A model generated the notes under the pieces. The model was not told the DNA's origin and did no database searches. It worked only from the letters and a program-made list of their open reading frames with translations. The position numbers and the translations under genes are program-made. Of a DNA stretch of 64,000 bases, positions 26,115 through 39,900 are shown piece by piece (position 1 is the first letter of the stretch; the number at the start of each line of letters is the position of its first letter). This DNA is from Styela clava (taxonomy: Eukaryota), in assembly GCF_964204865.1 (NCBI RefSeq), contig NC_135263.1, forward strand, positions 11,284,001 to 11,348,000, read 5' to 3'.

Positions 26115-27472
26115 CTTCAAAACATTGAAAAATAATTGTAAATCAAAAGCAAGATTTGACAATAACGAATAAATTATACCAAAATTTTCACTCTAATTAA
26201 TTACTCACGACATGGATGAAAAAATCAATTTTTTTTCATCCATTTAAATTGTGTGTGATTGAATCAAATCACAGTCGATCCGTATCAAGATGCAGTGAAT
26301 GAAGTCTTTTCTGAAGACGCATGATAGTAGACTTCAACATGCTTCCGAGCATGAAGCAGACAGAACCAGCGCTCTATTAGTTGCAAGCTTCAGCACATTA
26401 GTTTGAAGCGTAGATGATAGAAGCATGCACACATTATTAGTAAGTTGACAGCTGCGAAGTTGCATTGAAAATATGTATTCAACACCTCATGACCACAAAT
26501 TGTATTGTTTGATTCAATCCAGATAATTTTATTTCAAATTTCTAATTGATAATTGAAAAAGCACACACAAAATTGATGAAATTTGGCAAATGAATTTGAA
26601 ATAATTTACAAATTCAAAACACTGGGCGACGAATTATAAAGTAAATAAACAAATCGCTGATGCTAGAATCGAAAATATCAATTCTTAATATCAGGGCAAA
26701 CTTTAAAAAATGAAAAATTATTTGAATTTTTATGGGTCATGTAAAAATCCCTAAGATAAAAGTTAACACGAGATGTATCCAGTGAATACTAAAGCTACAG
26801 AGAATACTAAAACAAAGCAAAACAGAACTACTTATGCTGATCGAGAAGGCTAAAAAGGAATATATACAAATGGGAATGTGCTTCAATACCATGGTAAGCA
26901 AAAGGACAAGAGCTACATTTACATAGTTTAAAAATGCTGGACGTTTAAGTACAATCGGAGTTGTGTCCAAAAGTTTAAAAAAAAAACAAGATCGTTCCAG
27001 AAAAGTGATTTATAAAAGATAGAATTTGCAAAACAGTTCACAATTTTTTCGGTCCTATTCGGAATGTACATTTTTGTGCACAACATGAATATTATCAAAA
27101 GAATCAATCAATGATATCAATAGTGGAATATCAAATAACCTTAAAAATGCCTGATCAAGTATACCATGTATAACCATATCATCAAGATGTGATTGATCTA
27201 CTGCTAACATTAATAATATCGCACTATACTACTACATTTCTTTGGATTCTAACATCTAGCAGGCTGGATATGTTAATCGATATACATATGCATTCATTTA
27301 GTGTCACCCATATTTAAATGTTTTGTTAAAACACCATCATGTGTTGCAATGAACTTCAAATATATAGGGAACACTGTTTTGACATGAAGCAAGAATACCT
27401 TAGTCAAATTTTTAATTTATGATGTAACAATATCATAATTTAGAAACCCTTGTCGCATATTAAAACAGTGTA

Positions 27473-27478
27473 TTTATT
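27473..27478 (-). terminator. Putative intronic poly(A) signal for the secreted isoform of gene A
   Basis: AATAAA on the minus strand about 465 nt after the stop at 27942, inside the 1.8-kb intron before the TM exon. Confidence 0.3.
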
Positions 27479-27941
27479 TTGATGAAAGCACTGACATCAC
27501 CAGTAATCAAAGTTAGCAAAATTAGTAAAAAATTATGATATTTCAACCCATCAATAAATTTCTACCTATTAGGAATATATAATATCTACCTAAAAGACAA
27601 TATGCAGTCTAACAAGATGATGAAATACACTGATATTAGTAAGCAAAAGAATGTTATTTCTACACACGAAATCAAAAGTCGATTTATAAGCCAGCCAGGA
27701 ATGATTCATGTGGCAGATTTTGTAATCAAGCAATATTTTAATATGATAAAAACACACACAATTACAGAAATAAAAATGAGGCAACATTTTTGTTTCCAAA
27801 ACATGGTAATTGTGAAATTTCGTGCAAGCGCAATCCCATTAGATTAATGAGTCTTCAATCAAAGTTATGGCGATGTGATGCTATCTTATTCAATTGAATA
27901 AGAATGTGACATCTGCAAATTTAATTTTGTGCAGCGGTGTC

Positions 27942-30900
27942 TCATTTTGGTACCTCATCTGGTGGCACAATATCTGGTACTACAGTTGCTGCCAGTGGAG
28001 TAGGTTCAGGTTCTCTTGCTAGTCCTTCCATATTTTCAACATTGGGATAATTGTCTGCTATGCTAATAAATCCCTCATCTTTGGCGTCAATGGGCGGAAT
28101 GTCCTAAATAAAGAAATAATAAGAATTATTTTATTGATTAAGAGTATGTGAGCCGTGACGATAATTCATTTCTATCATTTATAAAAAAAGGTTTCATACA
28201 TCTCCATCACATCCAGGGGTGACTCCGATTCTTTCGTAAGCTTCGTAAATATTGAAAGTATATCTTCTATGGAAAGATAAGTCTCTGATGCATCCGCGGT
28301 AGTTTGTATTGATGTTCTTTACATATTGACTAAATCTGTAAAAAAAATATGAAGTTTAACGTTGAATAATGATTTACTTTTCCCACAAAAATTCGAATAA
28401 AAAATCAGTTTAACTTACTCTTGTTTGATGTCATTTCTATGAATTCCGCCAAACCAGACATCGCCTTGAATATTTGGTGACCAATCCGTGAAAGTCATGT
28501 TTATGCTGAGCCTGTTGTGAATTGTGATGAAACATTTGTTAATACAAAAAATGATGTTGGTTCACTAAATTATGTTTAATTGCATTTTATATTAGAGCGT
28601 TTTACTTTTTCAAACTCTTGTCAAAATATATTGTTGTGTAGTTTCTCATTTGCATTCTGGACTTATAATAATAGGTACAAAGTTCTAATCTAAAACAAGC
28701 CAAGATTCTTATTGAACTGACACTGTATATGTCCTCATAATCAAATAATAACGAGCCCAAACTTATACTTACTCAGTGTTGAGGACCAAAGCAATCATCT
28801 TTACGTTTCTGCCAACATTAACTATTCCGATCTTCACGTTGAAAGCTTGTGCAATGGTGGATACATCTGGGTATGTGTCAGTGCTGACTCCTTCTTTAGG
28901 TTCATCCCAACCAAAATTGCAAGACAAATGCAATTTTCCATCTCTAATTTCCAAAGCAAAGAATTGATCCTAAAATGATAATGAGAAGTAGAAAATTTTA
29001 TTCACTGTATTCAAATGTGACATTTGGCAATTGTTATTACTGTGAATATAAAAATAACATACCACGCTCTGTCCGACGAAAAGAAGCAGGCCATCATGTT
29101 GTTTAGTCAAAAATTTGAAGCTAACAAAGCTGATTCCAGTAGTATCTGCATAGGAATTTAGTTGGCGAAGTTGTGTTTCACTTGCTCGAATGTAACTGTC
29201 AACACCTCGGAAACGCCAATATCTATTGCTAGTTGAAACGCTGAGTGGTGATTTGCGTCTGAAATGAAAAAAAGAGCATAAATTAGGGAAATGAAAGATA
29301 CTAGGATAAAAAATAAAAACATATGTTTAGTATCCATAATGTCAATCAAGCAACAAAAAATTAGATTTCAAAATAAGCAAACAGATATCGGATTTGACCG
29401 TTCAGACCAAGAAAATCTAAAACAATTTATTCTTGATGAGCGTCCAGTCCTAGAAAAAGTTTTGACTAAATCTTGATTCATGTTTCCATAACTAAATACG
29501 TTATCCTCTCTTAGTATAACAAGGTTTGTTACAACTCACCCTTCTCCAGCACAGGTTTGACCAGGCTTTGGACCATTGTATGAAACAAAATTCCAGAGTC
29601 CAACACTTTCATCATTAACTTTAACACCCTCAATACATCCAGTCATTTGATTGTTTTGTATTTTTCCTGGTAGCTGTTAGTAGAAGTATATATGTTAGAG
29701 ATTTGGTATGATTGATAATTATCTAGTTTAGCATTAAATTCATTTCCTCATAGTAATATTGAAATACAAATATCTTTATGAATATCTTTAGGTAGCTAAT
29801 TGAAACCATTTCAAATTTATATCTTACATAATTTCTTACAAAAATTCTGAATAATATACCGGTAAGTGAAAATTTGTCAGAAGATATAAAAAAAATTCTA
29901 ATCACCTCCAATCACGAATACGCTTATTGAAAAGTCATTTCATGACTATATAAATATATTCATGCATTTATAAATTTAAAATAAAACTACATGCAACTAC
30001 ACCATTTAATTTAATGACATCTGAATTTCCAGTTCAGTATAGTACTAGGACAAATTAATGACTTTGATAAAACTATAAATAGTTTTGTACCGGCATGGGT
30101 GGCAAACCACCAACAACAAATGGCGTTGTCTCCCTTGGTAGAGACGATTCTATTTCAGCTGCATCTGTTTTTCCAGTCTGGACTTTACTAGTTATGGCAC
30201 CAGAATTAAACAAGTCTCCACGCCCTTCTATAGGATTAGGGTAAAATACTTCCAGTGATGCATCATTTCCATTTCTGCAGAGAAAATGATGAAATGAGAA
30301 TATAACACAAGATGACATTGTGAAGGTGAAAAATGCACCTATGTTCAGTATATCATAAAATGTATTATGGTATCTCTGTTTGTCATGATGTTGCACGTGT
30401 ACACTGTTAAACATAACCATGTTTTATGTGTGCCATTTAGTCTTGTTCATAGTACAACTCAGAAACTGAAACTGCTTTAGTAATGTTACTTGTTTTGTAA
30501 AGAAGTCATTTCCATCATAACTCCCAGAGTTAACTTTAGCACAAAAAACTAGCTTTGCACTAGATATTTGCTCAGATGGGTGCCTTTGTTGTTATGTACA
30601 GATGAGTATATAGGAGAAGATAAGTCAAGTGTGGAAATGAAGATTTGATTAAGATAACTGCTTTGAAAGAGATTAATAGGATGACAAAAAAATGCAGATA
30701 GCTTGAGAAGAATGATCATCCATATTTCAAAATTTGATGCTCACAGCTGATGACGCTTGTACATGTAAACAAACTGTTTATACAATGACATATGTGATGA
30801 TGAGATGTCAGTGTTTTAAACATTACTGTTGTTTGGCTGGTTTCGAAGGGGTGTCATAGTTCTACCGTTTCAGGCAGTTTTTGATACATCAAAACACGCC

Positions 30901-33900
30901 AACCCATCATAAAATCACCAAAACTTAAATTATGATGATGACTTCTGCTACACTATGAAATATTGCTTCATTTCTGATATCTTCAACATTGTGAGTGCAC
31001 AAATGCTGTGCAACTTCACTCATTCACCAAATCCACTCATATCACCATACAACTTTCACCATTACATACCACTGGCAATGGATTGCCCCCTAACAAGAAG
31101 ATGGTCTTGTGGGAGACCAGCCTTTCTGGTGCACCAGGCAAATAATCCGCCCTTGTTCTTCTATGGCGGCCTCTACGATATCCATCAAGGTTGAAAACTT
31201 GTAGTGATCCAATCTTGTTTTTTTTTCTTTGTTTATTAAAATGTGTTTATGTGTTATGTGTTCGTACAAACGTGGATAAGTTTAAAACTACGAGGTAACA
31301 AGATTTTATATAATTAAATGATGCACCTTCAAATAATAACCCAATTTTATTTCTGATTTTCCAGCGAATTACACAGATTCAGAGAATTAGTGAAAATATA
31401 AAACTTTGACACTATTACTTTATTCAACTTCACATACCTTTCTATGACAATACGATGCCACGTTTCATCATTGATTGCTGGATGTGTACCAATAATTTCA
31501 CCAACACCAGATCCAACTTTATAATAATAGTGTACTTTGCCTCCAATAGTTTCCAAAGCGATGTAATCCCCAGAAGCAGTCTGTAAACAAGTAGGAGTGA
31601 TATAACACCATTTCTTATATAAAATATCTTTATGCTTTATATATATATATATATTATACATACTGAAGCATCTCCTAAGTATAAGAGAGAATTGTCTGGT
31701 GATTTTGAGATGTTGACGTACATTTCAATCTTGATGTTGTCACTGAGATCAAATGACTGTGGTGGGATGTGAACTTGTGCATATTCAGGCTTGGCATCTG
31801 CAGCAGCAAGAGGTACATGCTTGAATTGCATTGATACCTTGACCTGTAAAACAGAATGTTCTATGTTGAGATTCACAATGAAAAACAGAAGCTTCAGAGA
31901 GTAAAATTTCATTGAGTCAATAAAAAATTTTGCCTCATAATTTTGTTATCCAAGTCGTCATTCAAAATTATGCAAGGTACCAGTTTTTAACTTACGCTGT
32001 CAGCACGGCTTCTTGACAATTCAATCTTCTTTCTTATTTCACCTATTTTTTCATCCAATGCAAGATCTTTAGGAAGTAAAGCGATTCTAGCAGCACGTCG
32101 ATTAAGCTCTTCCACTTGTGCGTTCATATCAGCAATTTGGTCGGGTAGATCAGCCACTAAAATGACAATTTAAAATGTGAATCAAACGGGTGACAAAATC
32201 AAATCCTATTTAACATAACTAATGCATTTGTAATATGATTAGAAAACTTGGAAAGCGCCCATTACCGATATGAAAACTAATCCTAAATTCCTCTCCGTTA
32301 ACAAAATGGTCTTTTAGCATGCCATATGCTTTTTCTCAACTACAAACTTATTCAATCTGTGTCATTTAATAGCTAACTGTTACTTTTGCATGGGGAACTG
32401 AGAAACAGAGCCAATCTGACACTTACATATGTCTTGAACATCAGTTAGCTCTTGATTAAGTGGAATATTTGGATCAGGAGCTTGGTCAATCTTGTCTTGT
32501 AATTGTTGTGCTGCTCTCAAAGCATCATCAGCAATATCTGAAGCTGCTGCTGCATCTTCTTTTGTTTTTTGTATTTTGGCATCAATATCACCTGAATGAA
32601 AAAAAAATGAGTATAGGCATTTGAAGAAACATGTATGTGTGCTGAATAAATCTGAAAGCTTTTGTGAATGTTACATCTTTCATACATAGAAAATATCACA
32701 ATATGATATTTTCTTACCATGATCTAAAGTAGTAGCACCATCTTTCACTGCTTCCATTCTTTTAGAGAGATCTTTTGCCAAAGAATCCATTTCCTGAGAA
32801 CTCTTCTTGGCAGCCTATTAAATATATTGAATATATGTCTATGTCAAATCTTGTTTCATTAATTGAATGTTAAACAGCATGTACCATCATATATATCATT
32901 CAACTTACATTAAGATCATTCTGAAGATCACCAATTTTGGTATTGAGAATATCTTGTACTTCATTGAGAAGTTTCCCACTGGCAACATTTGCTTCATCAG
33001 CTGCTTTACCTAAATTCTTTTCAGCTACATCGTCTCTTGCTTCTGTAGCATCCTACGAGAATAATACAAATTTTTTACCACAAAATTCTTCATAATTTTC
33101 CTTGTAAAAATATGTTAAAAGTTGGTATTATTGCTGGTCATTTTGTATTTCATCAGATATAAATTTAAACTTACCAAATCTGCCTTGTCAGCTGCCTCTC
33201 GTGCATTTTCCATAACATTGATAATATTCTGATATCTGTTTGCAGCTTCGACTGCTCTAACATTACGAGGATCATTCTTTGTTTCTTCAACCAGTTGTGA
33301 AAGCATATCGGCATCATTCTTCAACATGTTAGCTTTTTCAATAGACTATAGAATAAAGAAATTTTGATCAATAATCAACAAGGATGCATAAAGACATCAA
33401 AACTAAGCAAGTTTAGCTGAAAACCAGCGAAAAGGACTGCTGAATATTATTGACTAAAACTGCATCTTGTGTAAAATTGAGACTAGTCAGGTAAATTTTG
33501 ATTTCGAAAGCAGGCATAAATATGGGTTACGTTTCACTGACCGACTAAATCACTAGATATTTGAGAACACTTTATTACTGGCAAGTAATGCAAAAAACTA
33601 ACCATATTGACAAGTTCCTCCATTCCTTCTAATCCCACAACATAAGCATCATAAACAGGTTGAAGTTGATCAATAGCTTCGAGTAAAGCATCGCTGTCCA
33701 ACACACCAGGTTCATCAATACCACCTCCATTTAACACATTCTGTGCATCACCAATTATTTGATTGATTTCTTCAAATTCAACAGTAATTCCTGTAAAAAA
33801 ACAAAATATTGATGTGATATTCAACCAACTAAATCAAAACCCGCCATGAAATAACAAATTAGACACTTACTGTTAATGGCATCTCTGCCTGCTGTGAGTG

Positions 33901-36900
33901 CTTTACTATTGGCGGCATTCAATGTTGCTACTTCTGTTACAGTTTTAATAGCATCATTCAAATGAGCTCTTAATTCTTTCATTTTGGTCAATTTGTCACC
34001 GAGATCTTGACTAACGTTTCCAACTCTTTGATCCAAATCCTCGGAAGGCAGAGTGAAGTTGATGTTTACTAGTCCAAATACTGAATAAAGAAAAATATTT
34101 CATATGAAAAAAAAAATGATTCATGTTTGACACTGAAAAATAAATTAATCTTTTTCTATGAAATAGCAAGTATATTTGTAAGCATTCGTTAGATCATATT
34201 CATACTTACAATAAATAACAATATTTATATCTGTTTTACTTACATTCTTCTGCTTGAGCTAGTTCAGCATCAGCGACCTTCTTCATAGGTTTAAATACTC
34301 TCATCTTCATTCTTGTTAACAACATTTCAGCGTCATATAATTTTTGAAGATATTCGTCATTGTCTCCTGAAGCATCTTCCTCAAGCTAGAATTGTAGTAC
34401 GAAAATAAGTTAGATATAATCTTGAGTAAAAATTCTCACAGCAAACCACACAAATTTCAATAGAAAAATAAACAGTAAACAACTGCATGCAACTTATCTC
34501 CCCAAATCAATAAGGTAAAACCAAAACTGTGAAATTCAGTCAGTGCTTCGAACGATCTTTCAAATAAGCTTCAGTGTAAGAAATAGTGCTTTTGTAGCTA
34601 AGCTATGCCCATCATTTAATGAACGATCATAACGCTCATATAGCTAAAATTTTCCTGGTCTATCAACTTAGTATTATGGTGTTTGTTTGTACCACATGCA
34701 TGGATTCTCTCCTTAATTTTTTTTTTAAAGAGCCAACACAATGGATTCTATGCTCAAAACACAATTACAAAGAGTAATTAATTATTCAGAAATAAATGAT
34801 ATCTATTTTAATAATTAAATCCTTGTGACTTTATTTATAAAGCAACCCTATTGTGCTCCAAATAGACAACAAATAAAAACACACACAATAAATTCATTCA
34901 GATTCAAAACATTCACAAAACAAATGCTTGCAACATTCAGTTTTGCGAACCTCATAAGCTGATCCTTCTTCCATAAACATGTCTGGAATCTGGGGGTGAA
35001 TTTATTAATTATATTAGTGATTGAAGAAATGGAAAATGTTAGTAAAGAGTTGAATAGAAAGAAAAGATGGATAATGATTGAATAATTATCTGAATTATAC
35101 AATGAAGAAGATGGAGTAAATTAAAATATCTCATGTCAAATATGGTCAGAATATTCTGCAACTCTTTTCAAAAATTTAGTTGGAAATTACAAATTATGAT
35201 GAGAATCAATAAGTAAATGAAACAATGAGATTGACAATGCAAAATCATTATGATATCAAATTGTTATGTAAATGCAATTTTACTTTGAATATATCAAGTG
35301 TTCGATAAAACAAAATCATTATTACCTTTTCAAGAAGATCTTTTGAATCTGTTGAAAACCCACCGATTTCATCATTAATATCAGTGGCATTGGCATCTAA
35401 TCTTAACATTCTTCCACTAGTCTTTTCAATGCTTTCTTGAAGTGCCTCAGTTTTATTGCACATAGCAGCAACCTAGAAATGAAAGTGTTGAATACTCATA
35501 ATTTGCTTCAATATTCCAGGTATATTGATGTATTAATTCTTTAATAAAATATTAGGCTTTTGATTATATTTTGGACAGCATTGAGACAAGCGAGTAACTT
35601 GTTGAAGGGGTTTTTGTTACAGGTATTCTAATGATCACATCTATAATGTGCTATTACACAACTATTACATTTATCCATAAAAATTGATGAATGCAGTTAA
35701 GTTACATAATAATAAACTTGACACAAACAACAGAAATTATACAAATTACATGAACTGGTTACACTACTATATGGATTTTTGAATATCATGTGTGGAATTG
35801 TCGATTCCCATTTTTGATTACTCATTGCTTAAGAACTACTGTTCTTATTCGAAATAATATTATTAAAGTAAAATACAAAATAGCATATCTTTTGAGACTA
35901 TGTTATTTTAATTTAAAAGTACTACTTTTTTCAAATACTACCAGCTATAGAGCACAACTACAGTCTAAGCAAAATAAAGCAGCATGCAAGCACTCACTGC
36001 AAGTTCAGTTTTTCCTACAGCAGATTTAAGCGCAATGTAAGAGTCTTGTTCCTTGGAAGAAGAATCGACAATAGGTGCAGGTAAACCTGATGCCTCCTGG
36101 CAAGCAATTATATTAAGCAAAATTAGGCACTACATGCAAGCGGAATAATGTGATTGCAGCAAATAAAGGGTGTAAAAACTAAACTAATGCTTGTCCTAAT
36201 GTCTTAGAACAAATCTAAGAATGTAGGGATGTCATTATATAACCAAAAAAGCATATTCAAATCTTTTCAATCCTTTTGAATCAAAGCAAATTTGAATGCA
36301 AGCGACTTGCAAAAATATCAAACAATTGTTTTAGATGAAACATTGAAAATGCGCTAATCAAAATTGCAATTCAATGACTTGGAATCATTGCAAGACTGCT
36401 TAAATACTCTTTTTAACAACTATGAACTGAAGAATTATTACAACGAAAAGATGACCATAAGAGAAGAAATCGAAAATTCAAGTTAGTCTCTTATGTACAG
36501 TAATTATTATGTTCTTATATTGAACATAATCATAGTACTTCATAAAAAAAACTCAAAATAATCAAAACCAATCAAACTTTAGCAAATAAAATGAAAGCAT
36601 CTAATGAACAGAAAGCAGCAATGCATAGCGGCATTGTTTATCTAACAAAAAATATTAAATTAATATATTTCTATTTGCTACGACTGTAAATCTACACAAT
36701 AAAATCTTTGCTATATTAATCACAGCAAAGTAGTACTATGTTATCACCCAAAGCTACAATCCTACTAAATATGCTATAAGGAAATATTACCTCATCCTCT
36801 TCAGACATTATCATATCATTCAAATCATTAATTTCGGCATTCAAAAGCTTATCAGCATCATCACTAATGTCATTCATATGTTGTTCTGTCTCAGAAATAC

Positions 36901-39900
36901 GATCCTAAATAATAATATTTCAATTAGGAACAGTGCTATATAAAAACTTTGAGATAGAAAATTAATCATATGTATACGGTATCTTTCATTCAATATATCG
37001 AATATAACTTACTTCGACATCCTCAGAGCGGTCCGCGAAATCTTCAAGTCTTTTTGCTGCTGCAACTCCAACTGATACTTTTGACAACTTAAGACTGGCG
37101 CTAGCTACTTTTTCCGTCATTGGCTCAATGGTGTCAAGAAGATCATGTGTACAGGTGTCACAGCCTAAAAACATCCAAAATGTTCTTCAGTAATGTGGCA
37201 TATTGAAATAAGCCCTAACTTTTATAAGTAAATATGTATATACTCACTTTCACATTGAAGACCGCCTGGTGGTAGAATGTGACGTTCCAGTTTGCATTGG
37301 TCGCATTGAGGGCCAGTGATACCTGGTGGACATTTGCATTCGCCATTGACCGGATTACAATCTCCATTGTTTCGACAATTGCAGGCTAAAAATATATGAG
37401 AGTGTCAGACTTCCATGAACATTCATGTCAATTTTTTTTAATTATTTGCTGACAGAAGATTTTAGAGGAACAAGAAAAGATGAAACTTTGTGTTGAAAGT
37501 TTGAACTTCTCTTTGTTGCAGGTTTAGAAACCTTCGACAAATTTAAGTGCCGACTGGGTTGGAACATTGTTGAAATTTGGCACAGAGTGCTGATGGAAGT
37601 ATCAAAATGTAATAATTAATGCTGCTGTGGTTTTGTGGACATGTTGGAAAACATGGCAGAGATGGTAAAGGGAACTATTATATATAAAAATAGGGACATG
37701 TTGGAAATCAAGAAACAAGTTTAATTATTATTCATTTGTGGAAATAAAGCCTGTTGCACTCACGTTTGCATCCCATGGATGAGTAGTCCCAGTGCCCTGG
37801 TGCACATTTGTCACATTTCAGTCCGACAACATTTGGTGCACATTCACATGCTCCAGTCACAGTATCACACTCATTGTTTCTAGCACCAATCCCACAGCTG
37901 CAGTCTTGACAACCAATGCAGGAATCCAAATTGTAATATCCTATTAAAAAAAATGTCATGGTAAAAAAAAATCAGTTTATAAAATTTGTAATTGCAATTC
38001 TACGATGCTCGGTACTAACCTGGCTCACAACGGTTACATGAGATACCAATAACATGAGGCTTGCAAGCACAGAATCCATATGTATGATCACATTGCAGAG
38101 TACCACATTCATTGCATGGACATTTGGTACAGTTCTTGGCAATTTTGGCATCTCCAAAAAAGCCATCTGCGCATCTTTCACAGTATTTTCCACCAGTATT
38201 GTACAAGCAGTCTTTGCATTCACCTAGAATGAATGACAAAATTGTATCATATCATAAGTCTATATAACGGAGATTTAGAAAAAAACCGCATTATTTTGAA
38301 AGAAATATATAACTTACCACTTATCGGATTGCAAATTTCCATCACCAAGTTAAAATCAAGGTTTCCATGGCAATTGCACTGTTTACAATCTCCACCGATA
38401 ACTGATGGGTTTCCAAAATATCCGAGAGCACACTGGTCGCACTTTTCTCCTGTGTAACCAATCTGGCAGTGACAGACAACATCACCATCTGGAAAAATGT
38501 TATAAACATAAATTTTGGATCAGTAATCGGGACAAATTGACCAATAATAAACAAAATGACAATTTTCCTACCTTCATCATATTCACAAGACTCTGCGAAA
38601 TTTCCATCTTCTGATGGGAATGGACATGGACAAGGCTGGCAAGCATCTGGATCTCCAGTAGTTGCATCTCCAATGTATCCATCTTTACATTTTTCACAAT
38701 TTTCACCAGCCTATAATAAGTTATGTATAAAAATGAGCATTTTCTGCGTACAATATGGATGAGATAATTAATTTTGAACATCGCCATAAGAATAATATTT
38801 TGAGAAAAAAATTACCGTATTATGAAGACAATCCTTCTTGTCAATCAATTCACCATGTTCATCACAAGTTTCACAATGTCCATAACAATGGCACTCTGCA
38901 CAATAACCCAAATAAGGTCCACGATTTTCTCTAAAATGTCCACTGTCACACAATTGGCAAGACTCTCCAGTGTATCCTTAATAAAATTTAATTTTTTAAC
39001 TTGTGATTCCTACTAATAAATTAAAAACTGTCTTGAGTTGTTCTATTTTTTAAAAATGTACCTTTGGGGCAGCGGCATTCCTCAACGGTTGGTATAGTTG
39101 GACCTGATCCGAGTTCAGCATCATAATCAGTAGTTGACATACTAACATCCGAAAGCCTGACGATGGCTGCATCTGGATCATCAGTAGCATGGATACGCAA
39201 TTTTGACAAAGGACTAAGAACCATCATCATTTCTTCACGTTTCACTGGGTTTCCTACATTAAAAAATACATGAGTTTTATAACAGCTAAAATATTGAAAA
39301 ATAAATGAACAACTTAGTTGTATGTTATAGTATAGAAAATACTTACCAGTGCTTTGATGAACAAAATTTGATTCAGTCAAGTTGAGGAATACTGATTCTC
39401 CATTCTGTTTGTTTCTGTTTATCCAGCCAACAACCATACCATTGCCCTGAAGTAAAACACAATTGGTTAAATCAAAAGCACAAACAAAACTCAGTTTTAA
39501 TAGTTAGGTTTTAATATTATACAATACTAACCTCCAAAATGACTGTTGGATTTGGAGCAGTTAGAGGAGCAGGTTGATCTCCGGCGACCGAAACAAATGT
39601 ACCAGTGCTGTCTCCTCGTCCACCTTGTTCTGAAGTGGTAATGAAGTGTAAAACGCCACCATAGGATCCAATTTGGTCATTCAGATATGCTTTTGGTGCA
39701 GCCCAATACAAGTTGGTTCTGGCAGGTTCTTTAGCTCCTCCATTTTCATAGATATCCACGGTAAGAGTGTTACCATCACTCTGAATTTCTGGTGTATCTC
39801 TGTAATAATGTTTAAAAGATTTAGCAAGCTAAAAATTCTGATATAATAAAGGGATATATTGAGGCACATACGTTTTCAAATTCAAAAGCCGCCAGCCTTC

